This document shows, piece after piece, positions 29,504 to 38,021 of a stretch of DNA of 64,000 bases; position 1 is the stretch's first letter, and every line of letters begins with the position of its first letter. Source of the stretch: Mycoplasma sp. CAG:956. Its GTDB lineage: Bacteria; Bacillota_I; Bacilli_A; RF39; UBA660. The notes under the pieces are model-generated. The model was not told where the DNA came from. It worked only from the letters and a program-made list of their open reading frames with translations, and did no database searches. The DNA is taken from NCBI GenBank assembly GCA_000433475.1, contig HF993102.1:23806-87805 (forward strand), read 5' to 3'. A program made the position numbers and the translations under genes.

Positions 29504-30637
29504 TTATCTAAAAAATAACATATAAAGAGTAAATACAAATAGAATACCAAAGGTTATCCAACCATTAATACTACTTTGTTTATCAGTCTTATTTTTAATG
29601 CCAAGACCCATAGTGATAAATACACCACCAATTAAACCACCAATATGAGCATAAAAATCAATATTAGATACAACTAAACTTAAGGCTAAGTTAAGAACAA
29701 TTACGGGAATAATTTCACTATATAAGGCTTTACCCATATATAATCTATAGTAATAGCCAAAATAACATAAAGCCCCCATAAGTCCAAATATAGCTCCACT
29801 AGCCCCAAGGGACCAGCTGGTATTAAAGATACAAGAAAACATGGAACCAATAATACCACTTACAAAATAAATAAGTAAAAATTTCTTCTTACCAAAATAA
29901 TTTTCCGTAGCACAACCAATAACATATAGCGAATACATATTACATAGTAAATGCCAAATAGAACCATGCATAAACATTCCGGTAACTAACCTATAAACTT
30001 GTCCACTTCTTACTAAAGAACCATTTACTGCTCCTAAGGTAGTTAAACTTGGAAATAATATTTGTAAAATATAAACTAAAGTACAAAGTGCTATTAAAAC
30101 ATAAGTAACAACTATCTTTTTAGGTTTAAATACTTCTTCATACTTTCTATTTTCCTTGGCTGTCTTACTATTTATATCATTAGTAACATTAACTATTAAG
30201 TCAACATCATTATCAGCATTAATAATATCTTTTTCAATATTAGGAAAAGCTTCTACTACGATTTGGTTATGCACTAAATCTTGGGTATCATTTACTTTAA
30301 TATTATCAATATGATCAATACTATCTAATTTAACATCATCATTTAAATCTAAGAAAATATTTAAAACATTCATCTTCCAAGATAAAGTCTTCTTTTTTAT
30401 TTGTCTTGCTACATTATTAGTTTTATATATATCAAAATTAAATTGTTCTTTATTATGTATATAATTAGAATTAATTCTTATTATTTTATATGGTCCTTCA
30501 ACATTTTCTAACCACACTTCATTTCTTACTCCATTAACTACTATCGGTGTATAGTTTTCTTTAGTAACTAAGAAATGTACTAATTTCATGACAATTTCAT
30601 CTTTTTTATCCATACTAATTGAACTCATTTTTACCAC
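29504..30637 (-). CDS. Rhomboid-family intramembrane serine protease with N-terminal cytoplasmic domain
   Basis: 'GASGAIFGLMGA' (GxSG) and 'AHIGGLIGG' (catalytic His) in the TM segments. Confidence 0.8.
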   Translation of the reverse strand: MVKMSSISMDKKDEIVMKLVHFLVTKENYTPIVVNGVRNEVWLENVEGPYKIIRINSNYIHNKEQFNFDIYKTNNVARQIKKKTLSWKMNVLNIFLDLNDDVKLDSIDHIDNIKVNDTQDLVHNQIVVEAFPNIEKDIINADNDVDLIVNVTNDINSKTAKENRKYEEVFKPKKIVVTYVLIALCTLVYILQILFPSLTTLGAVNGSLVRSGQVYRLVTGMFMHGSIWHLLCNMYSLYVIGCATENYFGKKKFLLIYFVSGIIGSMFSCIFNTSWSLGASGAIFGLMGALCYFGYYYRLYMGKALYSEIIPVIVLNLALSLVVSNIDFYAHIGGLIGGVFITMGLGIKNKTDKQSSINGWITFGILFVFTLYMLFFR

Positions 30638-30683
30638 CTTCTATTATTTTATTATACTTCATATAATTAGTAAAGGAGTATTT

Positions 30684-31007
30684 ATGACCACTATTACTAT
30701 TATATTATTTATTATTTCTTTTGCTTTACTTAACTTTTCTTTAATTTCTATTTTCTATCATAATAAGTTTACTAATGATACTACTTATTTTATTTTAAGT
30801 AATTCAATTATTTTAGTTAGCATTCTTTTATTTTATCATTATTTTAATGATTATTATTTATCTTTAATATTTAGTGTTTTTTATTTTATTAATAATATTT
30901 GTCTTGCTATTGAACTGAAAAAAGTTAGTATTAAATATTTTTTCTTTAGTATTCCGTACCTTTTATTTAATATTTACTTTTTATCTTTATTAATTTTTAA
31001 ATTATAG
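30684..31007 (+). CDS. small hydrophobic membrane protein (107 aa)
   Basis: ATG at 30684 behind AAAGGAG. The longer track ORF starts inside the rhomboid gene on the other strand. Confidence 0.35.
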   Translation: MTTITIILFIISFALLNFSLISIFYHNKFTNDTTYFILSNSIILVSILLFYHYFNDYYLSLIFSVFYFINNICLAIELKKVSIKYFFFSIPYLLFNIYFLSLLIFKL

Positions 31008-31913
31008 AGTATCTTGTTCTAATTTTTCTTCATTATCTAACTTATCTAGGAAGTCTTTAAAATACTTTGGAACATCTCTTTTAAAATACATTTTTTCTTT
31101 AGTAATAGGATGGATAAATTCCATACTATAAGAATGTAAGAATTGACCGAAATCGTCTGTGCTTTTATTAGAATACACTGGGTCATTATAAACGGGATAG
31201 CCAATATACTTCGTATGTACTCTTATTTGATGAGTTCTTCCCGTTTCTAGTCTTGCTTTAACTAAAGTATATCCAGCTTTATATCTTTTTAAAACCTCTA
31301 AATGGGTTATAGCTTTTTTACTGTTATTAGGAGTTACAGTCATTCTTAAACGATTCTTTTCATCACGACCTATGGGTGCATCAATCGTTGCTGTGTCATG
31401 AGGAAATATCCCACACAAAAGGGCTATATATTCTCTTTTGATACTATGCTCTTTAAAATATTCTCCTAATATTTCATGGGCTTTATTAGTCTTAGCAATC
31501 ATAATAAGACCTGATGTATCTTTATCAATACGATGAACTATTCCTAGCCTTTCAACCCCATTAATATCGGATAATTTATCCGTATAACTTTTTAAGGCAT
31601 TAACAAGAGTATGGTCTTTATTACCATTACCAGGATGTACTACCATACCACTAGGTTTATTAATAATAATAATATCATCGTCTTCAAAGACAATATCTAA
31701 AGGATAATCCCAAGGTGTAATATCTTCTGTATCCGTTTTAACATTATTAATCGTAATTTTATCACCTTGTTTTACTTTATAACTAGGTTTTATCTTACTA
31801 TCATTAACTAAAATATCACCGTTTTTAATTAAATTTAAAATCAAGTTTCTTGAATAATCAGTATTATCCGCAATATACTTATCTATTCTTACATCATTTA
31901 TATCTGCAATCAT
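31002..31913 (-). CDS. rluD: 23S rRNA pseudouridine synthase, RluD/RluA family (S4 + PseudoU_synth_2)
   Basis: 'HRIDKDTSGLIMIAKT' catalytic Asp motif. N-terminal S4 domain. Confidence 0.85.
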   Translation of the reverse strand: MIADINDVRIDKYIADNTDYSRNLILNLIKNGDILVNDSKIKPSYKVKQGDKITINNVKTDTEDITPWDYPLDIVFEDDDIIIINKPSGMVVHPGNGNKDHTLVNALKSYTDKLSDINGVERLGIVHRIDKDTSGLIMIAKTNKAHEILGEYFKEHSIKREYIALLCGIFPHDTATIDAPIGRDEKNRLRMTVTPNNSKKAITHLEVLKRYKAGYTLVKARLETGRTHQIRVHTKYIGYPVYNDPVYSNKSTDDFGQFLHSYSMEFIHPITKEKMYFKRDVPKYFKDFLDKLDNEEKLEQDTL

Positions 31914-32350
31914 TTCTTATCCCCCAAACTCATTATTAAAACCATTAAAATTATTCCTAAAGTAATACATATATCAGCTAGATTAAAGATTGGAAAACTT
32001 ATTCCAAAGATAAAGGTTTCTAAATAATCAATAACATAACCTCTAAATACTCTATCTATTAAATTACCTATTATACCACCCAAGATTACTCCGAATAATA
32101 TATCATACTTTTTAGTCTTTGGTAAATCTTTTCTTAAATTAAATAAGAAATATATTAAAATAAGACTAAATAATAAGATTAAATATCTTTTATTTTCTAA
32201 AAAACTAAAAGCTACTCCATAATTATAGACTTTATGAATATTAAATAATTTTGGTAATATTTCTATAAATAATACTTTTTTATCAATTATAAACTTAATT
32301 ATTTGATCTAATATAGTTATTAAAATACTTATTATAATACTGGTTTTCAT
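31910..32350 (-). CDS. lspA: Lipoprotein signal peptidase II
   Basis: 'NYGVAFS' and 'FNLADICI' motifs. 4 TM. lspA-rluD order as in Bacillus. Confidence 0.85.
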   Translation of the reverse strand: MKTSIIISILITILDQIIKFIIDKKVLFIEILPKLFNIHKVYNYGVAFSFLENKRYLILLFSLILIYFLFNLRKDLPKTKKYDILFGVILGGIIGNLIDRVFRGYVIDYLETFIFGISFPIFNLADICITLGIILMVLIMSLGDKK

Positions 32351-32365
32351 AACATCACTTGTTTA

Positions 32366-32596
32366 TTATATCATAATATCAACTAAAATGACATCTTCCC
32401 CAATTCTTTTTATTTGTTTAAAAGTAATAGTCGTTTCATTGTCTTTATTAAATAAGTTATTTAGGCTACCTCTTTTTTCAATACTTAAGTATTCTATAAT
32501 ACCAGCATCATTTATTACCGCATCAATTATTCGCCCAATTTTTTTACCATCATTAATATTAACTACATCTTTAGTCTGTAAATCTGATAAATGCAT
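32366..32596 (-). CDS. YlmC/YmxH-family (PRC-barrel) sporulation protein
   Basis: 'LSDLQTKDVVNINDGKKIGRIIDAVIN' matches the YlmC/YmxH signature. Confidence 0.6.
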   Translation of the reverse strand: MHLSDLQTKDVVNINDGKKIGRIIDAVINDAGIIEYLSIEKRGSLNNLFNKDNETTITFKQIKRIGEDVILVDIMI

Positions 32597-32668
32597 AATA
32601 TCACCTAATTAATTATATTGCTGAATTATCTATTTTTTGTTAAAATATTTATAGAAAGGACGATTAAT

Positions 32669-33055
32669 ATGTACGATTACGCTTATAAAACAAGTGTTGG
32701 TGGCTTTTATACTTTTAAATTAGTTGCATTTATAATTGCTATTGCCGCTACTATTATTATTTATACTGTTTTTATGGATAAACGTAACAAAGATACTTAT
32801 AGTAATCCTTTAAAGAAATTATTTGATTACTTACATTTTAATAAATTCTTTATGGAACCTATTTTAAAGATTACTTATATCTTTTGTAGTTTATATATAA
32901 CTATTACAGCTTTTGGCTATATTGGTACTTCCTTCTTATTATTCTTTTTACTTTTAATCTTGGGTAATGTTATTTTAAGAATGTTTTTTGAAGGTCTAAT
33001 GGTTATTTATAAAATTTATCTAAATTTAAATGAGATAAATAAGAAAATGAAATAA
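32669..33055 (+). CDS. hypothetical 2-4 TM membrane protein (128 aa)
   Basis: ATG at 32669 after GAAAGGA. Convergent and abutting the sigG stop. Confidence 0.4.
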   Translation: MYDYAYKTSVGGFYTFKLVAFIIAIAATIIIYTVFMDKRNKDTYSNPLKKLFDYLHFNKFFMEPILKITYIFCSLYITITAFGYIGTSFLLFFLLLILGNVILRMFFEGLMVIYKIYLNLNEINKKMK

Positions 33056-33829
33056 TTATTTTATAATATGACGAAGAGTGCTTATGGCACTTTTTTCTAT
33101 GCGTGAAACTTGAGCTTGGCTGATATTTAAAGCTGCTGCTATTTCTTCTTGAGTTTTTCCCATGACATATCTATCTTCTAAGATTATTTGTTCCCTTTGT
33201 TTTAAACTAGTTAATGCTTTTCTTAATGTTAACAACATATCTTTATCTTTGTCTAAACTTTTATCCGCTAATTTATCACATAAGTAAATTGTATCACCAC
33301 CGTCACTATAGATAGGTTCAAAAATACTTACTGGTGCTACTAAAGAGTCCATAGCTCCTTTTATATCGTACAAACTAAGGTCTAGGGCCTTACCAATATC
33401 TTGCCAAGAAGGTTCTCTATCATGTTCTTTTAAGTAGTCTTCTTTATATTTTAAAATGCGATAAGCATTATCTTTAATGCCTCTACTAATTCGTACCGAA
33501 GTATTGTCCCTAATGTATCTTCTAATCTCCCCCATAATAAGTGGCACAGCATACGTTGAAAACAAGCAGTTATAATTAATATCAAAATTATCCACGGCTT
33601 TAATAAGACCAACACAGCCTATTTGAAATAAATCATCAACATTATATTTACTTTTATCAAATCTTTGAACTATGGATAAAACAAGACGTAAGTTACCATT
33701 TACTAGAGTATCTTTGCACAAAGTATCTCCTTCATGCATTTTAATAAATAGTTCTTTCATTTCTTCATTGGTAAGTGTTTTTAAACTACTTGTTTTAATA
33801 CCTGCAATATCTACTTTATATCTTCCCAT
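33056..33829 (-). CDS. sigG: Sporulation sigma factor SigG (SigF/SigG clade)
   Basis: Near-colinear with B. subtilis SigG: 'NGNLRLVLSIVQRF...DDLFQIGCVGLIKAVDNFD...FSTYAVPLIMGEIRRYIRDN', and a C-terminal 'QAQVSRIEK' HTH. Confidence 0.85.
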   Translation of the reverse strand: MGRYKVDIAGIKTSSLKTLTNEEMKELFIKMHEGDTLCKDTLVNGNLRLVLSIVQRFDKSKYNVDDLFQIGCVGLIKAVDNFDINYNCLFSTYAVPLIMGEIRRYIRDNTSVRISRGIKDNAYRILKYKEDYLKEHDREPSWQDIGKALDLSLYDIKGAMDSLVAPVSIFEPIYSDGGDTIYLCDKLADKSLDKDKDMLLTLRKALTSLKQREQIILEDRYVMGKTQEEIAAALNISQAQVSRIEKSAISTLRHIIK

Positions 33830-33845
33830 AACATCACCTAACCAA

Positions 33846-33875
33846 ATTATGGAAATTTTACTAATGTTTTATACA
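33846..33875 (-). promoter_or_regulatory. Forespore sigmaF/sigmaG-type promoter upstream of sigG
   Basis: GTATA-N18-CATAATT on the minus strand, about 20 nt upstream of the sigG RBS. Confidence 0.4.
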
Positions 33876-34052
33876 CAGAATGCTAAAAGAAAAGAAAAAA
33901 AGTTATAAAACATTTAATTTTACAACTTTCTAACCAGCCCTTTTTGAGCAACCGTATTATCATGATTCGTATGTTTTCCTCATACTGGCTATACTCTTCA
34001 ATATTAACCTTAACATCTTCGGCAATCTTTTCGTCGTAAAATTAGATATTTT

Positions 34053-34880
34053 TTACTTAGTTCTAATTTTTACTCTTGCTAGTTGTGGCGATACCTGGAT
34101 ATCTTTATTTTCTTTGCAGGTCTTTTCATCATCCAAATTTGTATTTAATATTTCTTCAATCTTTTTGTCAATTGAATTTTTAAGTTGTTGTTCTAAATGA
34201 TTTTGCTTATTATCAGAAATTTGCTCTTCATTATTAGCCTCTTGCATTTTTACCATTTCTTCAATTTTTAAGTAAGCATTTAACTGTATTTTAGTAAGTC
34301 TAGAGTAGCACTCTTGGCGTTTAAAAGGTGCTAAATCTAAGTCATGGGTTTCTTCGGGACTAATTTTTGCGTAGGTGTAAGCTATTTCTCTAATTTGGGC
34401 TAAATCACTTTGATAGCCAAGATATTTGGCAGCAATAATATAATCGATAAGATTATTAACATAGTTTAAAAACAAATTTTCTTCTTTGCTATCAGAAACA
34501 TTAATATAGGTTCTGGTTTTATTTATTTCAGCCTCTAACGTTTTTTTAATTTCTTCAATACGTTTAGAAGCCTTTTCATCATTATTTTTTTCTACTATGG
34601 CGGTAATTACTGCTGATATAGGAAATGATGAAAAAAGCCAAGCAATGGTAAGAGCAAATTTAACTGCAGGCTTTGTTTTTGAACTGTAAAGAAAAATGGA
34701 ATTATATCTATGTCTGTACCAAAATTCATTTTTTAAAACATTATTATAACAAATTAATGCTTCTTCTTTGGTAGAACAATATCCTTTTATTAGAAAATTT
34801 TCAACAACATGCCATTCTTCAACAGTACAATTATTTCCGGCGCGAGTACCAAGTAAATCAAATTCTGTTACTAATTCCAT
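34053..34880 (-). CDS. hypothetical membrane protein with Cys-containing N-terminal domain and coiled-coil C-terminal domain; paralog of 34887..35675
   Basis: Shares 'EEW.(I/V)V.NF...G.C.S.EE..ICY.N.L.N..WY', 2 TM and 'KY.GYQSDL..(I/L)..IA' with its neighbour. Confidence 0.45.
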   Translation of the reverse strand: MELVTEFDLLGTRAGNNCTVEEWHVVENFLIKGYCSTKEEALICYNNVLKNEFWYRHRYNSIFLYSSKTKPAVKFALTIAWLFSSFPISAVITAIVEKNNDEKASKRIEEIKKTLEAEINKTRTYINVSDSKEENLFLNYVNNLIDYIIAAKYLGYQSDLAQIREIAYTYAKISPEETHDLDLAPFKRQECYSRLTKIQLNAYLKIEEMVKMQEANNEEQISDNKQNHLEQQLKNSIDKKIEEILNTNLDDEKTCKENKDIQVSPQLARVKIRTK

Positions 34881-34886
34881 ATTAAA

Positions 34887-35675
34887 TCACTTCTTTCTAT
34901 TTAAAGTTAGCCCCTGTCCTTTATCACTAAAATCACTAGTAAAATCTATATCATATTTTGGGTTATCATCGATATTTAAAGTATCCAATTTTCTATCAAC
35001 AATATTTTGAATCTGATAATTAATTTCTTTACTCCTTTGATAAAACTTTATTTTGTTTTCAATATCAAGGTCCAAAATTTTTTTAAATATTGCTACTTTT
35101 TCGGCTACGGTTAATATTTTTTTAGACTTAATATCTTTAACATATTGATGTGCAATATTTTGTAATTCATATAAATCACTTTGGTAGCCGGGATATTTTA
35201 CTTGGGCAATTGTATCTAAAGTACTAGAAATTTCTCTGATAATTTCATCATCTCTTTGATAAATATCTTTTACTTGTTCTTTTAATTGATTTTCAAGTTC
35301 AGATAAAATAGCTTTTGCCTCTTTATGCTTTTTAATACTAATTATTTTATTGACCACTCTATAAAGAATAATGTCACTTACCAAGAAAACGGCTATAACT
35401 TTGGGCATTTTGTCAGCAAATACTGCGAGCAAGAAAATAAACTTAAGGAAAGCACCTACCGCTTCTGCTATTATATCGTTTGTAGAGATAGCATCTACCA
35501 GACTAGTCTCATACCAATTATGATTTTCTAACATGTTTTTATAGCAAATAATTTTTTCTTCTAAGGAATTGCAACCACCACATAAAATAAAGTTCTTCAC
35601 TATTTTCCATTCTTCATCAGTAGATTTATTCAAATATCTAATATCTTCTAATTCTGTACCTCTTATCCATTCCAT
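34887..35675 (-). CDS. hypothetical membrane protein; paralog of 34053..34880
   Basis: See the paralog. Confidence 0.45.
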   Translation of the reverse strand: MEWIRGTELEDIRYLNKSTDEEWKIVKNFILCGGCNSLEEKIICYKNMLENHNWYETSLVDAISTNDIIAEAVGAFLKFIFLLAVFADKMPKVIAVFLVSDIILYRVVNKIISIKKHKEAKAILSELENQLKEQVKDIYQRDDEIIREISSTLDTIAQVKYPGYQSDLYELQNIAHQYVKDIKSKKILTVAEKVAIFKKILDLDIENKIKFYQRSKEINYQIQNIVDRKLDTLNIDDNPKYDIDFTSDFSDKGQGLTLNRKK

Positions 35676-35840
35676 GCATTATCCCCCTCTTTGTTGAGGA
35701 TTATCATAACGCATAGTTTACACCGTGTCAAGTTTTTTAGACTTTAAAAAACTACCCAATTGCCTTAAGTAGTCTTATAAACTCTACCTATGCTATTCCT
35801 ATAGCACTAAGTGAGATAAAACGATTTAAAAGGGATATAA

Positions 35841-36584
35841 CTACTTTTCTTTAGTCTTACCTTTAGGGTAAATTAACTTATTATTACTGATTGCTAAATC
35901 TTTGTTAATTAACATAGTCTCTTTTTTTTCTTCGCCGTCCAGCTTATACGTTATGTCTACTGTAAATTTACTATTTTTATAGCCTTTCTTAGTAAATAAT
36001 TCATCATAACTATAATCTTCGATATTAATTCCTGTAAAAAAACTACTCTGCCCCTTAATAAGCTCATCATCTATTTTAAATTCAACATTAATAATATCAT
36101 TTTCTTTTACTTTATCATTCTTAATGTCAAAAGTCCCACTCTTTAAAATAAATTTCTGGCTTGATTCTGCAAAAATGCCGTTTGTATAAGTAAAAGTGTC
36201 ACTATCACCATTTAAAACATAAACTCTTATTCTGTTAAAGTTATTAAAAAAGTACATGCTAAGTAAAACAAACAATATAGTTAGAGCAATTGCAGCAAAA
36301 TTTATCATTCTAAATTTAAAGACTTTTTTACTAAACTTTTTGGTTTCGACTTCTAAATAATTATCTTTTTCTTCTATAGTTTTCAAAAATTCATCCATAG
36401 ACATATTAAAAACTTTACACAATTTCTGCATTATTTCTATTGATAAGCCCCTTTGACCATTTTCTATCTTTGAAAAATAACTTCTTGAAATACCAAGTTT
36501 ACTGGCCAACTCCTCTTGACTCATTTTATTTTCTTTTCGCAAGCTTTTGATTCTTGAGCCTATTAATTTTTCTTCGTTTTCCAT
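35841..36584 (-). CDS. Membrane-spanning XRE-family HTH regulator (HTH, TM, extracytoplasmic domain)
   Basis: 'IGSRIKSLRKENKMSQEELASKLGISRSYFSKIENGQRGLSIE' HTH_3, then one TM (AAIALTILFVLLSMYFF), then a 130-aa C-domain. Confidence 0.65.
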   Translation of the reverse strand: MENEEKLIGSRIKSLRKENKMSQEELASKLGISRSYFSKIENGQRGLSIEIMQKLCKVFNMSMDEFLKTIEEKDNYLEVETKKFSKKVFKFRMINFAAIALTILFVLLSMYFFNNFNRIRVYVLNGDSDTFTYTNGIFAESSQKFILKSGTFDIKNDKVKENDIINVEFKIDDELIKGQSSFFTGINIEDYSYDELFTKKGYKNSKFTVDITYKLDGEEKKETMLINKDLAISNNKLIYPKGKTKEK

Positions 36585-36723
36585 ACTTTTTGCCTCACAA
36601 CTTAAATTTTACATTAATAAGTCTTATTTGTCTATCCAAATTTTTTTATTATTATAAAGCTATAGATAATTTTTAATTCATTAATATATATAATCATTGT
36701 TTTGTTAATTTGCAAGTTATTTT

Positions 36724-36757
36724 AGAAAAAAGTAAGCAAAATTTCTTCTGCTTACTT
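36724..36757 (-). terminator. rho-independent terminator after the Smr-domain gene
   Basis: AAGTAAGCA-loop-TGCTTACTT with a U-tract on the minus strand. Confidence 0.5.
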
Positions 36758-36763
36758 CCAATT

Positions 36764-37033
36764 TTATTTTAAGTTTAATAGAACAACAGTTTGCCCATCA
36801 TTTAAACCATCAATATAATATTTATTAACCCTTTTATTTCTTTTTAGTAATTCATGTGTTTTACTTCTTAGAGCTCCACTACCTTTACCATGAATAATAA
36901 TAATTTTATCATTTTTTAATTTAACATTATCTCTGATAAAGGCTTCAATTAAATAAACAATAGTGGCAGTTGTTTCACCATGTAAATCTAAATGTGGTAA
37001 ATAATCAGTAAAAGGGTCAATTATTTTTCTCAT
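36764..37033 (-). CDS. Smr (small MutS-related) domain protein
   Basis: 'LDLHGET...IIHGKGSGALR' is the Smr signature. Confidence 0.7.
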   Translation of the reverse strand: MRKIIDPFTDYLPHLDLHGETTATIVYLIEAFIRDNVKLKNDKIIIIHGKGSGALRSKTHELLKRNKRVNKYYIDGLNDGQTVVLLNLK

Positions 37034-37922
37034 AAATTTTGTTTACCTCATCTAGTTTAGAAATGGAAATGCGTCCTCCTATTACTCTAGTGGCAAGACC
37101 AGCTGCTATATTACCATACTTAATTGATTTTTCTAAAGTAAAATTATTAGCAATGCCATAACTAAAAGCTCCGGTAAAAATATCACCACAACCAGAAGTA
37201 TCAACAACTTCCATTTTTAAAGATGGGGAAATTTTTATTTGGTCATCTACCATATACATTGCACCATTATTACCTAAAGTTATAATTATATTTTGATGCT
37301 CATAGCGACTTCTAAGCTCAGTATAAGCATTAACTAAAGCCGAAACATTGCTACTATCAATTGGCATTTTTAAATGACCACTAACAAAGTCTAGAGAACA
37401 TATTAAATAATTTACTTTTAAAGCTAAATTGGCAATATCTTGGTTAAATCTAGTTGCTCTTAAAATGGTAACAGCTTTAGGAAATCTTTCGATAGTTGAT
37501 TTAGAGGCATAAGTATCGTTACCATCTAAAACAATTAAATCGGGTTGAAAATCAAAATCAAATTTCTTTAATTTTACAAATTCATCAGCAACATCAAAGC
37601 TAGTTGACATTTTATTTTTGTTATCAACTAAAACAAAGGATAGTACGGTATCTTTTTCATATGATGTTTCTACATACCTGGTATCAACTCCAGCTGTTTC
37701 TAATTCCTTACGAACTCTGTTACCATAAACATCATTACCAACAACACCAGCAAATGTTGATGAAATACCCCATTTAGCAAGCATATATGCAACATTGCAC
37801 GCAGTTCCCCCACCACAGCCAATCTTATTAATAAATCTTAGCTTATCTCCTTCTTTTGGGTATTCATCAACACTTACATATATATCATAACTAGCTTGAC
37901 CTATCGACAAAGTTTTAATCAT
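37017..37922 (-). CDS. PfkB-family carbohydrate kinase (ribokinase-like)
   Basis: GG motif 'GCGGGTACNVA' and 'DTSGCGDIFTGAF' (DTxGAGD anion hole). Confidence 0.8.
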   Translation of the reverse strand: MIKTLSIGQASYDIYVSVDEYPKEGDKLRFINKIGCGGGTACNVAYMLAKWGISSTFAGVVGNDVYGNRVRKELETAGVDTRYVETSYEKDTVLSFVLVDNKNKMSTSFDVADEFVKLKKFDFDFQPDLIVLDGNDTYASKSTIERFPKAVTILRATRFNQDIANLALKVNYLICSLDFVSGHLKMPIDSSNVSALVNAYTELRSRYEHQNIIITLGNNGAMYMVDDQIKISPSLKMEVVDTSGCGDIFTGAFSYGIANNFTLEKSIKYGNIAAGLATRVIGGRISISKLDEVNKIYEKNN

Positions 37923-38021
37923 TTTCTTATCTCCTTATACTAATATCTACAGTAAAGATTATACTATATTTTTACTAAGAAAAAAAGTACCAGCTTTAGA
38001 GTTTTATGGTACTTTTTATTT

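Noticed and set aside
32388-35531. ORFs 32388-32612, 33672-33908, 34768-35010, 35325-35531.
   Set aside because: All are antisense within ylmC, sigG or the paralog-pair genes.
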